Source of the DNA: Methanotrichaceae archaeon
GTDB lineage: Archaea > Halobacteriota > Methanosarcinia > Methanotrichales > Methanotrichaceae
NCBI GenBank assembly: GCA_963754945.1
Contig: CAVWIG010000028.1
Span: 1-64,000, forward strand
Direction of reading: 5' to 3'
Length of the DNA: 64,000 nucleotides
Each line of letters opens with the position of its first letter. Position 1 is the first letter of the stretch. The notes under the pieces are model-generated. The model was not told the DNA's origin, did no database searches, and was given only the letters and a program-made list of their open reading frames with translations. A program made the position numbers and the translations under genes. Of the stretch, positions 31,459 through 41,749 are shown in pieces.

Positions 31459-31547
31459 TCCGAACGGAGCGCAAGCGAATTGCCAATGGCCAAGTCCTTT
31501 AGAACTCGCGCTGAATCCTAAAAATGATTACGGATCTGTGAGATTTA

Positions 31548-31640
31548 AGCCGCCGATGGGATTCGAACCCATGAACTGCTGATCTATCGGACGCGAAGTC
31601 TTACGAATCAGCCGCTTTGACCGGGCTAAGCCACGGCGGC
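31548..31640 (-). tRNA. tRNA-Thr(CGT) with 18-nt intron at 37/38 (31584-31601)
   Basis: Acceptor GCCGCCG/CGGCGGC, anticodon stem GCTGA/TCAGC, GTTCGAATC T-loop; BHB-like splice motif. Confidence 0.93.
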
Positions 31641-31669
31641 GCAATCAGACCAACCAACGCTGCATAAAT

Positions 31670-32923
31670 TTAAGAGTTGCGATCGACGCAGCTAACCGCG
31701 ACTCCTTGCCTCTCCTGCTTCTCAATCTCCTCCACTAGCCTGGGCAGGAAGATGCCGATGTCAGTAACAAGGCCAATGGCTTGAGCGGTTCCCCTGTCCA
31801 TTAGCTTGGTAACCGTCGATGGATTGATGTCTATGCATATGGTTTTGACGGAGGACGGCAGCAGATTGCCTACAGCAATGGAGTGAAGCATGGTGCACAT
31901 CATTATGGTCATGTCCACGCCACGAAGAGCTTTTTCCATGGCATCCTTGGCATTTATGGTATCCGTTATCACTTCTGGCAGAGGGCCATCGTCTCTGATT
32001 GACCCGGCCAGGATGAAAGGAATGCCTTTCTTGATGCACTCATAGATGATCCCGCCTCTCAGCTTTCCCTCGTTTATGGCGCTCCTGATCGAACCGCTGG
32101 CCATGATCTCATTTATGGCATAAAGGTGGTTTCGATGCCCTCCAGAGGTGGCGTTACCAGCACAGTTCATCCCCAGGCTGGTGCCAAAGAGCTGGCGCTC
32201 TATATCGTGGACAGCAATGGCATTGCCAGCAAGTAGTACATCTATATAGCCGTCCCGGATAAGTTTGGCCAAGGATGGCGCAGCACCGGTGTGTACCACT
32301 GCAGGCCCGCATACAGCTGCAATTTTTCCGCCAGCACGCTTGGTGGTGATGATCTCGTCGGCTAGCTGCTTGACGATCTCGCCGCTGGGCCGCTCGGACG
32401 AGACCTCATTGGACATGAAGCTGAAGAAAGTTTTCTGTCTGGGTCGCTCAGGAGGAACAACTTTGACTCCCGAGGTGCCGACCACAACTCGATCTCCTTT
32501 CTTGATGTGACGGAGAGGGGTACATATGGCCCGACCGTCCTCCAGCACTATGAGGCAATCCATACGGTTGTTCTGTACCTCTACCCAGGAGCCGTTATAA
32601 CGCACGTAAGTTAGATGGTTGGTGGTCGAGTAAAATCCCTTGGGAACTACAATATCGCTCGGCGCTACCCCAATCTTTGCATTCTCTATCTCTACCAGCC
32701 TTGCCCCTAGAGGGTGAAGCTCCAGGAGGATCTGGTCTAGGTGAGGTGCGTCCCTGCCCATAACCGTTATCTGGACATAGCTCGTATCATTTTTCTTCTC
32801 GCCGATCTTGAAAGTCTTGATCTCGAACTCGCCGCCCATGTCCATTATTTTGTCAAGGGCCTTGGTCAATATCAGTGAATCTATCAGGTGCCCTTCCATC
32901 TCTATATCGCAAGTCTCGCTCAT
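31670..32923 (-). CDS. TIGR00300 / LOR-SDH family protein (ornithine cyclodeaminase-like)
   Basis: EGHLIDS, GFYSTTNH, GPAVVHTG, GNAIAVHDIE, AGSIRDDGPLP, TKLMDRG. Confidence 0.9.
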   Translation of the reverse strand: MSETCDIEMEGHLIDSLILTKALDKIMDMGGEFEIKTFKIGEKKNDTSYVQITVMGRDAPHLDQILLELHPLGARLVEIENAKIGVAPSDIVVPKGFYSTTNHLTYVRYNGSWVEVQNNRMDCLIVLEDGRAICTPLRHIKKGDRVVVGTSGVKVVPPERPRQKTFFSFMSNEVSSERPSGEIVKQLADEIITTKRAGGKIAAVCGPAVVHTGAAPSLAKLIRDGYIDVLLAGNAIAVHDIERQLFGTSLGMNCAGNATSGGHRNHLYAINEIMASGSIRSAINEGKLRGGIIYECIKKGIPFILAGSIRDDGPLPEVITDTINAKDAMEKALRGVDMTIMMCTMLHSIAVGNLLPSSVKTICIDINPSTVTKLMDRGTAQAIGLVTDIGIFLPRLVEEIEKQERQGVAVSCVDRNS

Positions 32924-32947
32924 AAACCGCCGACCAACACCTTATTA

Positions 32948-34072
32948 TTACCACATCTCTCCCTCGATAAGAGCCTGCGTCTTATCGTTGGTGCTCATGA
33001 CCAGCTTGGTGATCCTGACCAAGTAGCCGCCATCGTCATCCGGCTCGGGCTGATCGAAGATGGCCTTCATGCCGCTCCTGCGCAGGTGATACTCGAAATC
33101 CCGGGCCGTCTGGATGTTCTTCACCCTGATCTGTACCTGCTGGACTATCTGCTCTCCGCTCATCTTCCTCTTAACGGTATCCACAAGGGGAAGAAGTATG
33201 CTCTCGCCGATCCGCAGAGCCCTGGCCCTGCGCTCCTCCTCAGACTCGTTCAATTCCGCAGACTGGAACCCCTCCCGGACAGCTCGGGAGACAAAGAAGT
33301 CCAGAGCGTAATCGTTGTAGTACCTGAAGGCCACCTCCAGGTCGCCGCAGTTGCTCTCAGAGCAGGTGTACTTCACAGGCATAGCCTTGTTCTCCGGATC
33401 CTTCATGACTACACCTTCATGGCCTTTCTTTCCCAATCGTTCCACAATCCCGACGATCTCATCGTAGGCCCTATCCGTTCGGAACTCGCCAAGCATTGGA
33501 GTCGCCCGCAAGCCGTGCTCCTCGGCGAACTCGTGAGTTTTGTGAACGCCTAAAGTTCCCCGCCAGTTCTTGCGCGATAGATCGAAGAGATAAAAATCAA
33601 TGGAGTCCGTAGGGTAAATATCCTTGGGCACATAAGGATTCTCCGGTCCCACCATCTCGCCACACAGGACCAGCTCAGGGTGATCATTAAAGACCTCTCC
33701 CTGTATAAGCCTCGATGCGACTTCTGTGGAGTAGGGACAGATGAACCCGCCCCTGGTCAGGGCCACTACATCGCCGTCTATGCTGGCAACTCGGACGTTG
33801 TAGCCGTTCATTTTCTCCTCGACAGCAACGCGGTCTGAAAAATATCTTTTTATGGCGGCCTTTAGCATCAGGGCCCTTTTGATCTTGGGGTATCCGTAGA
33901 CGATGTCGCCGTTGTCGAAGATGGCCGTGCCGGCCTCGATCCCGGAAGAGGCCTTTTCAAACCTCTGCAGCCGCGGCTCGGGCCAGCTCGACCTTCTTAT
34001 TATGTTCTCCTGCAGGCTTTCCAGCTTTTTGAGGTTTATTCCAAGCTTATCGGCTATTCTCTGTAGATTCAT
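32948..34072 (-). CDS. ATP-dependent RNA ligase, Pab1020 (Rnl3) family
   Basis: GYPKIKR, EEKMNGYNVR (motif I), TRGGFICP, GEMVGPENPY, EGVVMKD. Confidence 0.93.
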   Translation of the reverse strand: MNLQRIADKLGINLKKLESLQENIIRRSSWPEPRLQRFEKASSGIEAGTAIFDNGDIVYGYPKIKRALMLKAAIKRYFSDRVAVEEKMNGYNVRVASIDGDVVALTRGGFICPYSTEVASRLIQGEVFNDHPELVLCGEMVGPENPYVPKDIYPTDSIDFYLFDLSRKNWRGTLGVHKTHEFAEEHGLRATPMLGEFRTDRAYDEIVGIVERLGKKGHEGVVMKDPENKAMPVKYTCSESNCGDLEVAFRYYNDYALDFFVSRAVREGFQSAELNESEEERRARALRIGESILLPLVDTVKRKMSGEQIVQQVQIRVKNIQTARDFEYHLRRSGMKAIFDQPEPDDDGGYLVRITKLVMSTNDKTQALIEGEMW

Positions 34073-34848
34073 CTGGTTCTTACAAGGTAGTCGATGAGAG
34101 ATCGCCTGGTGATCATCCCCACCAGCTCTTCCTTCTGGTTCAGGACAGGGAGGCCTCCCCGGTTCTCCGTAAGTAATATCTTCTTTACTTCATCCAATGG
34201 CATGTCGGCGTGAATGCTCTTCACATCCCGAGTCATCACGTCGGAGACGAGAAGGTTGCTTATTCGGGCATGCTGTTTGCTGGCTGTTGCGTTCAGATCT
34301 CGAAACGCCCTTAAAGACTTGGTTACATCACGCTCAGTGAGAATGCCCACGAGCCTGGCACAGTCTACCACAGGAAGCCTTCCAACGTCTCTGTCCAGCA
34401 TCATCCTTCGAGCATGGACTAGCCGATCGTTGGGGTTTACAAAAAGGGGAAACCTCATGGCATCGCTCGCCTTACCAGCGATGTTCACCGTGCCCAACAC
34501 CTCTCTGGGCCGTACCCAACCCAGGATCTTATCCCCGTCCATTGCCACTAGGACCGAAGTCTTCTGAAGAAGACCCATTGCATCCTCTACCTCCATCTCT
34601 GGAAGTACTTTTATGACCGCGTCCAGGGTAGCGGCTGCTACGTGCAGAGACGATGCCGGCATCCCCAGGCTCTTCCTAGTACCGAGGACCCGGGCAATCT
34701 GCCGCATTGTGATTATCCCGCCCAGCTTGCCGTTGTTGGTAACCAGCAATCTACGTAGACCATACTTCTCCATTTGGTCATGAGCGTGGCCCAACCTCTC
34801 CGACTTGTCAATGGTCACCGGCTCGGTCATTATGTCCTTTATCTGCAT
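34069..34848 (-). CDS. CBS domain protein (4 CBS)
   Basis: GRLPVV, GILTERD, GLPVL motifs. Confidence 0.9.
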   Translation of the reverse strand: MQIKDIMTEPVTIDKSERLGHAHDQMEKYGLRRLLVTNNGKLGGIITMRQIARVLGTRKSLGMPASSLHVAAATLDAVIKVLPEMEVEDAMGLLQKTSVLVAMDGDKILGWVRPREVLGTVNIAGKASDAMRFPLFVNPNDRLVHARRMMLDRDVGRLPVVDCARLVGILTERDVTKSLRAFRDLNATASKQHARISNLLVSDVMTRDVKSIHADMPLDEVKKILLTENRGGLPVLNQKEELVGMITRRSLIDYLVRTR

Positions 34849-34851
34849 AGT

Positions 34852-35709
34852 TCACCATCTCCCTATCTCGGCGACTATCTCGTCTGAGGAGAAGAAGCCC
34901 ACTATGTTGTCGTTCTCCAGCACCGGCATTCCGCATATGTGCTTGTCCGCCAGGATCTTAGCCACATCCACCGCTTTCATCTCGGCACTTGTGCTCATGA
35001 TCGGCGAGTTCATTATGTCCTCGGCCACTAGAGGCATCTCCTTTACGTACCGGTACTGCTTCCTACCCGCGCTGCTGTCCTTCCTGGTCATCTTGATGTC
35101 CTTCGTCTCCATCTCGTCATTGGGACCCATCATGTTGGAAAAGGTCAGGCCGGAGCGAGTGATGATTCCCACAGGTGCCTGATTGTCCTCGTAAACGAGC
35201 GCCCTTCCGACTCCCTGGAGATTCATCTGCTCCAGAACGTGGGATATTGTATGGTGCCTGTGAACGCTGACCAGGTTCGTGGACATTATATCTCCCACCC
35301 TGGCCTTTACGTCCTGTTCCGAGAAGTACCTCAACATGTCCCTGGAGCTGATCATCCCTGTAATCTCCCCATCCTTCTCGACAGGCAGGCCACTGACCTC
35401 GTTCTCCATCATCAAGACTGCTGCCTGGGTCATGGTGGCATCAGGGTAGATTGTTACCGGACTCTCAGTCATGACCAGGTGGATGGGGACCAGGTCAATG
35501 GGTCGCCTGCGCCACTCGGGTGCAGCCTGACACAGCCGGTTGGTTATATCGTACTTGGTCACAATGCCTACCAGCTTTCCATTGTCCATAACCGGCAGCC
35601 TGCCTACATCATACTTGAACATCAGGTTTCTGGCCCTCTGGATGGGCTCGTTTCTCTCAATGACGTAGACGGGTGACCTCATGTAGTCCTTTACGTTCTT
35701 TATCATCAT
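34852..35709 (-). CDS. CBS domain protein (4 CBS)
   Basis: GRLPVM, GIVTKYD, PEWRRRPID; ATGA overlap supports start 35709. Confidence 0.9.
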   Translation of the reverse strand: MMIKNVKDYMRSPVYVIERNEPIQRARNLMFKYDVGRLPVMDNGKLVGIVTKYDITNRLCQAAPEWRRRPIDLVPIHLVMTESPVTIYPDATMTQAAVLMMENEVSGLPVEKDGEITGMISSRDMLRYFSEQDVKARVGDIMSTNLVSVHRHHTISHVLEQMNLQGVGRALVYEDNQAPVGIITRSGLTFSNMMGPNDEMETKDIKMTRKDSSAGRKQYRYVKEMPLVAEDIMNSPIMSTSAEMKAVDVAKILADKHICGMPVLENDNIVGFFSSDEIVAEIGRW

Positions 35710-36680
35710 GGCAAGATCCCCTTGTTCTCTGCCAGGGCCCTGACAAAGTCCCTTTCGGTCAGAATTCCCACCAGCGATCCCTTGTCCATTACCGGCAGGC
35801 ACCCTATTCTGTTGTCGACCATCTTCCTGGCAGCCGCTCCCAGGTCGACCTTTCTCTCAGTGCTGACCAGGTCTTTCTTGATCAGCGCCTTTATGGGCTG
35901 GGCCATAACCTCGCTGATATCTCCTGTGACCACCTTTTCGAAGGCCTCTCCGCTGCCCATGTACTTCATTATGTCTGAAGCGGTCACCAATCCTATCAGG
36001 ACTCCATCCTGGACAACCGGCATCCTTCGAAAGCCCTTCTGAATGATCATTCGGGTCATCTTCTCGATGGCTGTCGTGGCCGGAGCTATGACAACGTTCT
36101 CACTCATGTAGGCCTCAACAGAAATACCAGTCTCCTGGCTTGCTGCCATTCTCGTGAAGTCCTCTTCAGTGACTATGGCCTTAATCCTGGCATCTTCGTC
36201 GACGATGGGCAATCCGCCTACGTTCTTCTCGTACATCAGTTTTAGAGCATCATTGATAGATGATTTGTCGCTGATATAGGTCAATTTAGTGCTCATTATG
36301 TCGCTGATGTCGGCATTTATGGCCGTGAATATGTTTCCCTTGTGCTTCTCCGTCAGGAGGTTGTGTCGGAGACCCCCGCCCAGGAAGTCCACTATGTCTA
36401 CGCTCGTGACAAACCCTGTCAGACGGTTAGTCCCTGCGTCGGTTATGGGCAGCCTGGAGAACCCGTAGTGGGTCATGGTCTTTATGGCGCCCATGATGGT
36501 CGTAGTAGGCGGAACCGTTACGACTTCCGAGGTGGCAATGCTGAGCACCTCACCCGTGCGCTTTGTCTGTCTGGAATCAAACTGCGGTCCCCTTTCTCCG
36601 TAACCGGAGGATATGGGCATTCTGTTCTCTTTCTGTGGAATTCTGGTTACATCCTTCCCTGTTCCTGGCCCTCTTTTCAT
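35706..36680 (-). CDS. CBS domain protein (4 CBS)
   Basis: SRLPI, DIVDFLGGG, GFRRMPVV, GILTERD. Confidence 0.9.
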   Translation of the reverse strand: MKRGPGTGKDVTRIPQKENRMPISSGYGERGPQFDSRQTKRTGEVLSIATSEVVTVPPTTTIMGAIKTMTHYGFSRLPITDAGTNRLTGFVTSVDIVDFLGGGLRHNLLTEKHKGNIFTAINADISDIMSTKLTYISDKSSINDALKLMYEKNVGGLPIVDEDARIKAIVTEEDFTRMAASQETGISVEAYMSENVVIAPATTAIEKMTRMIIQKGFRRMPVVQDGVLIGLVTASDIMKYMGSGEAFEKVVTGDISEVMAQPIKALIKKDLVSTERKVDLGAAARKMVDNRIGCLPVMDKGSLVGILTERDFVRALAENKGILP

Positions 36681-37465
36681 TTTCTCTCACCAAGGTAACT
36701 TCTGATCAGATCGTATCTATCGACTATACCCACGAGCTTTCCATGGTCTACGATCGATATCCTGCCGATGTCCTGCTTTAGCATCATCTCTATGGCACTG
36801 TGCAAGCTATCCTCCGGCGTTAAGCTGAATATTGGGGTGCTCATCAGCTTGTCCACGTGGAGATGGGGAGCCTCTCTGATCTTGGCTCCATCTTCCTTGC
36901 CGATCCTTGCCCATCCTCGTTTAAGTATATCGAACCTGGTTATCATACCAATTGGCTCGCCTTTGTCGTTCACAACAGGTAGACCGGTGAAGTCCGATTC
37001 CAGCATCTTGTCCCAGGCCTTGGTCATGGGCTCATCTGGAGTAGCGGTAACCACCTTAGTGCTCATTATCTCCGAGATGGCTCTGTCCGGCACCTTAACT
37101 GGATTGATATTTCCAAAAATATCTATGATGCTTATAACTCCCATCAGGACTGGGTTCTCCTGGGATTGGACCACCGGAAGTATAATGCTATTCTGGGGCA
37201 GCATGAGCTTGGCGGCGTCCATCACGTTCGTGTCTCCAGTTACCAAGGGCACGCTAACAGTGAACCCTGATACAGTGACATTAGACCTGGTCGATGTTAC
37301 CCTCAGCATATCCTGGGTGGTAACAATGCCTATGACACGCTTCTGGCCGTCTACCACAGGCAAGCCTCGAACATGGTTATCCCTAATCAGCTGACGTGCA
37401 TTGGTCAGAAAAGTTGAATCCTCTACGTAAAGAGGATCTCTGGACATAATATCTTCTACTAGCAT
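36677..37465 (-). CDS. CBS domain protein (4 CBS)
   Basis: GLPVV, GMITRFD, GIVDRYD; GGTGGAG SD before ATG37465. Confidence 0.9.
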   Translation of the reverse strand: MLVEDIMSRDPLYVEDSTFLTNARQLIRDNHVRGLPVVDGQKRVIGIVTTQDMLRVTSTRSNVTVSGFTVSVPLVTGDTNVMDAAKLMLPQNSIILPVVQSQENPVLMGVISIIDIFGNINPVKVPDRAISEIMSTKVVTATPDEPMTKAWDKMLESDFTGLPVVNDKGEPIGMITRFDILKRGWARIGKEDGAKIREAPHLHVDKLMSTPIFSLTPEDSLHSAIEMMLKQDIGRISIVDHGKLVGIVDRYDLIRSYLGERK

Positions 37466-37497
37466 AATCAACTCCACCTGTCCAGCAACCACTATAA

Positions 37498-38052
37498 CTA
37501 TTTGTTGCCGTCCCTGCAGCTCCAGCAGAGCAGCTCTCCGTTCACGCTCTCCAGGGTGTCTGAGAGTTGGCCGCATACTTCGCAAATTCCGCGTACAACT
37601 CCCCTGGCCTCCTGGAAGTGGATGCTCTCTCTGTGCATCTCTAAAAGATCGCTTAGGACATCGCTAAGGCCGAGAGCGGACCCGGATACAAGGTCGGTGT
37701 CCGTTATTATCCCTTCGAGCCTTTCATTTGAGGTCACGGGGAGCCTCTTTACACAGGATTTGAGCATCAAAGAGGCAGCATCGCGCAGGCTGGCCTCTGG
37801 AGAAATCGTTACCAATGGCGAACTCATGACATCTCCTACCTTAACCGCCTGGGGATCTGCAGCCTTGGCCACTATCTTCTTGACCAGATCCCTTTCTGTG
37901 AGTATGCCTATGGGCTTTTCTCCAGAGACTACTATCAGGCAGCCCACGTTCGCTGAGGCCATTCGTTTGGCGGCTGTCAAGACGTCGATATCGGCATCGG
38001 CTGTGATTACTGGACGGGTCATTACATCCCGAACTGGAATGGCGGTCTCCAT
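37498..38052 (-). CDS. CBS pair plus C-terminal zinc ribbon
   Basis: GILTERD, KRLPV; CEVC...CWSC. Confidence 0.9.
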   Translation of the reverse strand: METAIPVRDVMTRPVITADADIDVLTAAKRMASANVGCLIVVSGEKPIGILTERDLVKKIVAKAADPQAVKVGDVMSSPLVTISPEASLRDAASLMLKSCVKRLPVTSNERLEGIITDTDLVSGSALGLSDVLSDLLEMHRESIHFQEARGVVRGICEVCGQLSDTLESVNGELLCWSCRDGNK

Positions 38053-38151
38053 GGCTATCCTCTCCGTGACAATACACTAATTAACAGCGAGCTAATGATA
38101 TAAAGATACTGTGGCTCGATATATATTAATACGTTTATTATTATTTTAATT

Positions 38152-38628
38152 TTACTCGGAGATGTGCTTGAGTATATGCTCGATCTCGGCCAGGATCAGC
38201 TCAATACCCAGCCGTGCAGCGTTTGGAGATCCGGGAAGGCAGAATATTGGTCTTCCGCGATGGACGCCTGCTGAGGCTCTGGTGAGTATGGCCCTGGTGC
38301 CGACCTCATCAAGGCTTTTTAGCCGGAAGATCTCTCCAAAACCAGGAATCTCCTTTTCGAACAGCGGCTCCACCGCCTCCAATGTAAGGTCCAGGTGGGT
38401 GAGGCCCGTTCCTCCGCAGATCACAATGGCATCAGCGCTGCTGCTCTGGACTGCGTTACGGATGGGCTCGATGCCATCCGGCAGGAGGCTATAGGACGTG
38501 TCGTATCCGGCTGCCTTGATCTTGTCCAGGATGACCTGGCCGGAGAGGTCTATGGCATCCTCGGGTCTGGCCACGGGCCCGTACTTCTGGAATCTAGAGG
38601 TGCTAGCGATTATTACGTCGATTATCAT
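38152..38628 (-). CDS. moaB: MoaB/Mog molybdopterin adenylyltransferase family
   Basis: GGTGLTHLDLT, PGFGEIFR, LPGSPNA. Confidence 0.9.
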   Translation of the reverse strand: MIIDVIIASTSRFQKYGPVARPEDAIDLSGQVILDKIKAAGYDTSYSLLPDGIEPIRNAVQSSSADAIVICGGTGLTHLDLTLEAVEPLFEKEIPGFGEIFRLKSLDEVGTRAILTRASAGVHRGRPIFCLPGSPNAARLGIELILAEIEHILKHISE

Positions 38629-38914
38629 GCTATTATGCCGATACTAGTCTCTATTTACGAAGATTTTAGGAATAACTCAATAACTCAGATAGATGAGAGA
38701 TATTTAGGGTTTTTCATTCGATGTAGGCGCTCCACTTGCAACGATGAATCTCAGAAGATCCTGGCTCATAGGGCATCAAATTAATTTCTAAACTTTATGA
38801 AAATAAGTTGCCGAAATACCACATATACTTATACGTTGAATGTCGAATGCAAATCTAGGCAAAAGTCGTGCGTCCTTCTTATTGCTTCATCGTTGACTTT
38901 TGCCTCCCTCCTTA

Positions 38915-39190
38915 TCATTCCTTCAGCGATATCAATTCGCCATTTTTGCCAACGGTCCTCTCAATCCTGCCTTCCTTCTCCAACTCACCCAATATGCGCT
39001 CCATATTTTCTAGTTTGATTTCCATCAACCGGCGAAGCTCAGTACGAGTTATAGAGCAGCCTTTCTGGGCCGAGATCCAGAGAATTCGATCGCGGTGGTT
39101 ATATGGTGGTTTCTTCTTTGGCTTCAGCAAGATCCACAGGAATTTATCATGTGGGCTTTTGACAAGGCGATTCATTTCAAGAACTGCCAC
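38915..39190 (-). CDS. Small winged-helix hypothetical protein
   Basis: ITRTELRRLMEIKLENMERILGELEKEGRI wHTH pattern; TATA-like CTTATAAA upstream. Confidence 0.6.
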   Translation of the reverse strand: MAVLEMNRLVKSPHDKFLWILLKPKKKPPYNHRDRILWISAQKGCSITRTELRRLMEIKLENMERILGELEKEGRIERTVGKNGELISLKE

Positions 39191-40376
39191 CCGCGCTTAG
39201 CCCTTGACGTTTATAAGCTCTCTCCTTGATCGATAAGCAAAGCTGCTATCAATGAACATCAGCTCTAAAATGTGGCGCTAGTGCACCATAACGCAAGTTT
39301 TAAATCTTATAAAAGGTCTAGAATATAGATCGTGGCAAGAAAAACAATATTCTGTGTGAAACTGGAAGAGAAAGAACGAGAAGAGTTGAACCAGTACATC
39401 CGTCGTGGGAAGTCGTCTGCAAGGAGTTTAACTCGCGCAAGAATACTGCTCCTGGCCGATGGAGGGCAATCCGATGCGGAGATCATTGATGCATTGAAGG
39501 CGAGCAGAACGACAATAGTGAGGATAAGAAAGAGATATTTCGAGGGTGGCCTGGAATCTGCATTGAATGAAAGATCTCGCAGTGGAGCGCCTCCGAAGAT
39601 AGATGCACGAGTTGAGGCTAAACTGACCGGCATTGCTTGCTCAGATCCGCCTGAAGGCAGATCGAGATGGACGCTGAATCTATTGGCCGACAAGCTTGTT
39701 GAGCTGGGGGAAGTGGACTCGATCTCAGGAATGAGCGTTTGCAGAGCGTTAAAAAAAATGAAATAAAGCCATGGCTCAAACAGCGATGGTGCATAGGGAG
39801 CATGACGAGCGAATATATCTGGAACATGGAAAATGTATTAACTCTGTACGAGCAACCATATGATCCGAGGCATCCTGTGGTTTGTTTCGACGAGAGGCCA
39901 TGCCAACTGATAGGCGATGTCTTAGTGCCTATACCCATGAAACCAGGCAGTCCGAAGAAGGTGCATTATGAATACGTCCGTAACGGGACATGTTGCATCC
40001 TTATTGCCTTTGACCTTCATGCAGGAAAAAGAATGATTCGTGTCATGGAGCACAGAACAAGGGTGGACTATGCCCATTTCATGAAAGAACTTACCCAGCA
40101 ATATCCGAATGTAGAATCCATTCGACTGGTCCAGGATAATCTCAATACGCATACTTCAGGCTCATTTTATAATGCTTTTGCGCCTGAAGAGGCGTTTGAG
40201 CTGGCTAAGGAGTTCGAATATTATTATACGCCAAAGAAAGGTAGCTGGCTCAACATGGCTGAGATAGAACTCTCAGCCCTATCGAAGCAATGCCTCGATC
40301 GTCGGATTGGAGACATCGATACTTTAACCAAAGAGGCTTCGGTGTGGCACAAGAACGTAACGCAAAAAAAACTACT

Positions 40377-41661
40377 GAGAGTTTCGAAAAACTAATCAAT
40401 CGAAATACTTATATACTATTAATACTATAATATAATGCATGAGGACTCTCATTGATTTTGCCATTCGAGCAGAATATGCTCGAGTAAAAGCCCTCGGAGA
40501 TGATCTATCCGAGATCGGATCGTTGATCAATTGGGAGCGTTTCAGATTTTTGGAACCATTGATATACAAAAATAAAACTAGCCGCGGAGGTCGTCCGAAC
40601 ATTGACATCGTGATTATGGTGAAAGCTCTCGTAATTCAGCATTGGTTTGGTCTAACAGATCCAGAACTGGAGCGACAGGTTGCGGATAGGATCTCTTTTC
40701 GTATTTTCCTTGGCACCACTGAAGTAATTCCTGATTTCAGCACAGTTTGGCTATTCCGTGAACGTTTGATTAAGTGCGACGTATACGATGATCTTTGGAA
40801 TGAGCTTCAAAGGCAGCTCGATGAGATGGGGTTTACTGTAAAGAATGGCACTATCCAGGATGCAACCTTCATAACTTCGGACCCAGGTCGGAAGAGGAAC
40901 AAGAAAGACGAGCAAGGCGGGGACAAAAAGGAAGGTCAAGATTCCGAAGCCACCAGTACGAGCCTGAATCAGGAGTTTGATAAAGAGCTAATTGGTATTT
41001 CAAATAATATTATTGATGACAAGGCCAAACCACAGAGACTCGAAGAAGAGCCAATAAATGAGGGAAGTTGGGCAAAAAAGGGTGTCAAATCCTTTTTCGG
41101 ATATAAAGGTCATATCTCAATCGATACCAATTACCACCTTATCAGATATTTTGAGACTACAACTGCTTCTGTACACGATAGTCAGGTAGATCTTGGAATT
41201 GAAGGGCTACCACGTTACGCCGATAAGGGATATGATGGTGCAAAAACTCGAGGATATGATGCAGCCATGAAAAAAGCTACAAGAGGTCACAAGCTTGGAA
41301 TCATAGATCTTCTGAGGAATAAGAGAATCAGTAAAACGCGATCGCACATCGAAAGATGCTTCGCTGTTATGAAGCGGGGGCATAAGGGAGCACATGTTTA
41401 TGTAACAACTGTCGCAAGAGCTGGAGTAAAATTCATGATGAATTCGGTCGTTTACAACCTGGAACAGTTGAAATATTTAGTGCATAAACAAACAGCCTAG
41501 CGGAAGCTCTCTAAAAAAGCGCAAAAATTAGAAACAACAAGGTAAATTGAAATCTAATAAGCCAATTTAGGGGTGAAATATGCTAAAAAACCACTATAAA
41601 GATTGAAAATATTAACGCAAGAATTTAAGGCTTCATTAACCAACACTAAATCGAAACCCTC
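40377..41661 (+). mobile_element. IS5-family element nested in IS630
   Basis: IRs GAGAGTTTCGA / TCGAAACCCTC; 4-bp target duplication TACT (40373-76, 41662-65). Confidence 0.93.
40439..41500 (+). CDS. IS5-family transposase
   Basis: GGRP, DRISFRIFLG, PDFSTVWLFRE, QDAT, FGYKGH, YADKGY, RSHIERCF. Confidence 0.93.
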   Translation: MRTLIDFAIRAEYARVKALGDDLSEIGSLINWERFRFLEPLIYKNKTSRGGRPNIDIVIMVKALVIQHWFGLTDPELERQVADRISFRIFLGTTEVIPDFSTVWLFRERLIKCDVYDDLWNELQRQLDEMGFTVKNGTIQDATFITSDPGRKRNKKDEQGGDKKEGQDSEATSTSLNQEFDKELIGISNNIIDDKAKPQRLEEEPINEGSWAKKGVKSFFGYKGHISIDTNYHLIRYFETTTASVHDSQVDLGIEGLPRYADKGYDGAKTRGYDAAMKKATRGHKLGIIDLLRNKRISKTRSHIERCFAVMKRGHKGAHVYVTTVARAGVKFMMNSVVYNLEQLKYLVHKQTA

Positions 41662-41749
41662 TACTGTAAGATGGAAATTCACGAAGAATGATGCAAGATT
41701 AAAGCTAAACAGGCATTATATTAATTTGCAAAATTAATGTTATGATGCA

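Larger units (their letters stand above)
39332..41737 (+). pseudogene. IS630 transposase (orfA/orfB, -1 frameshift at A8 39751-39758), disrupted
   Basis: HTH orfA; FDE, QDNLNTH, SWLNMAEIE DDE motifs; extra -1 lesion near 40347; tail VRWKFTKNDARLKLNRHY resumes after the IS5. Confidence 0.88.
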
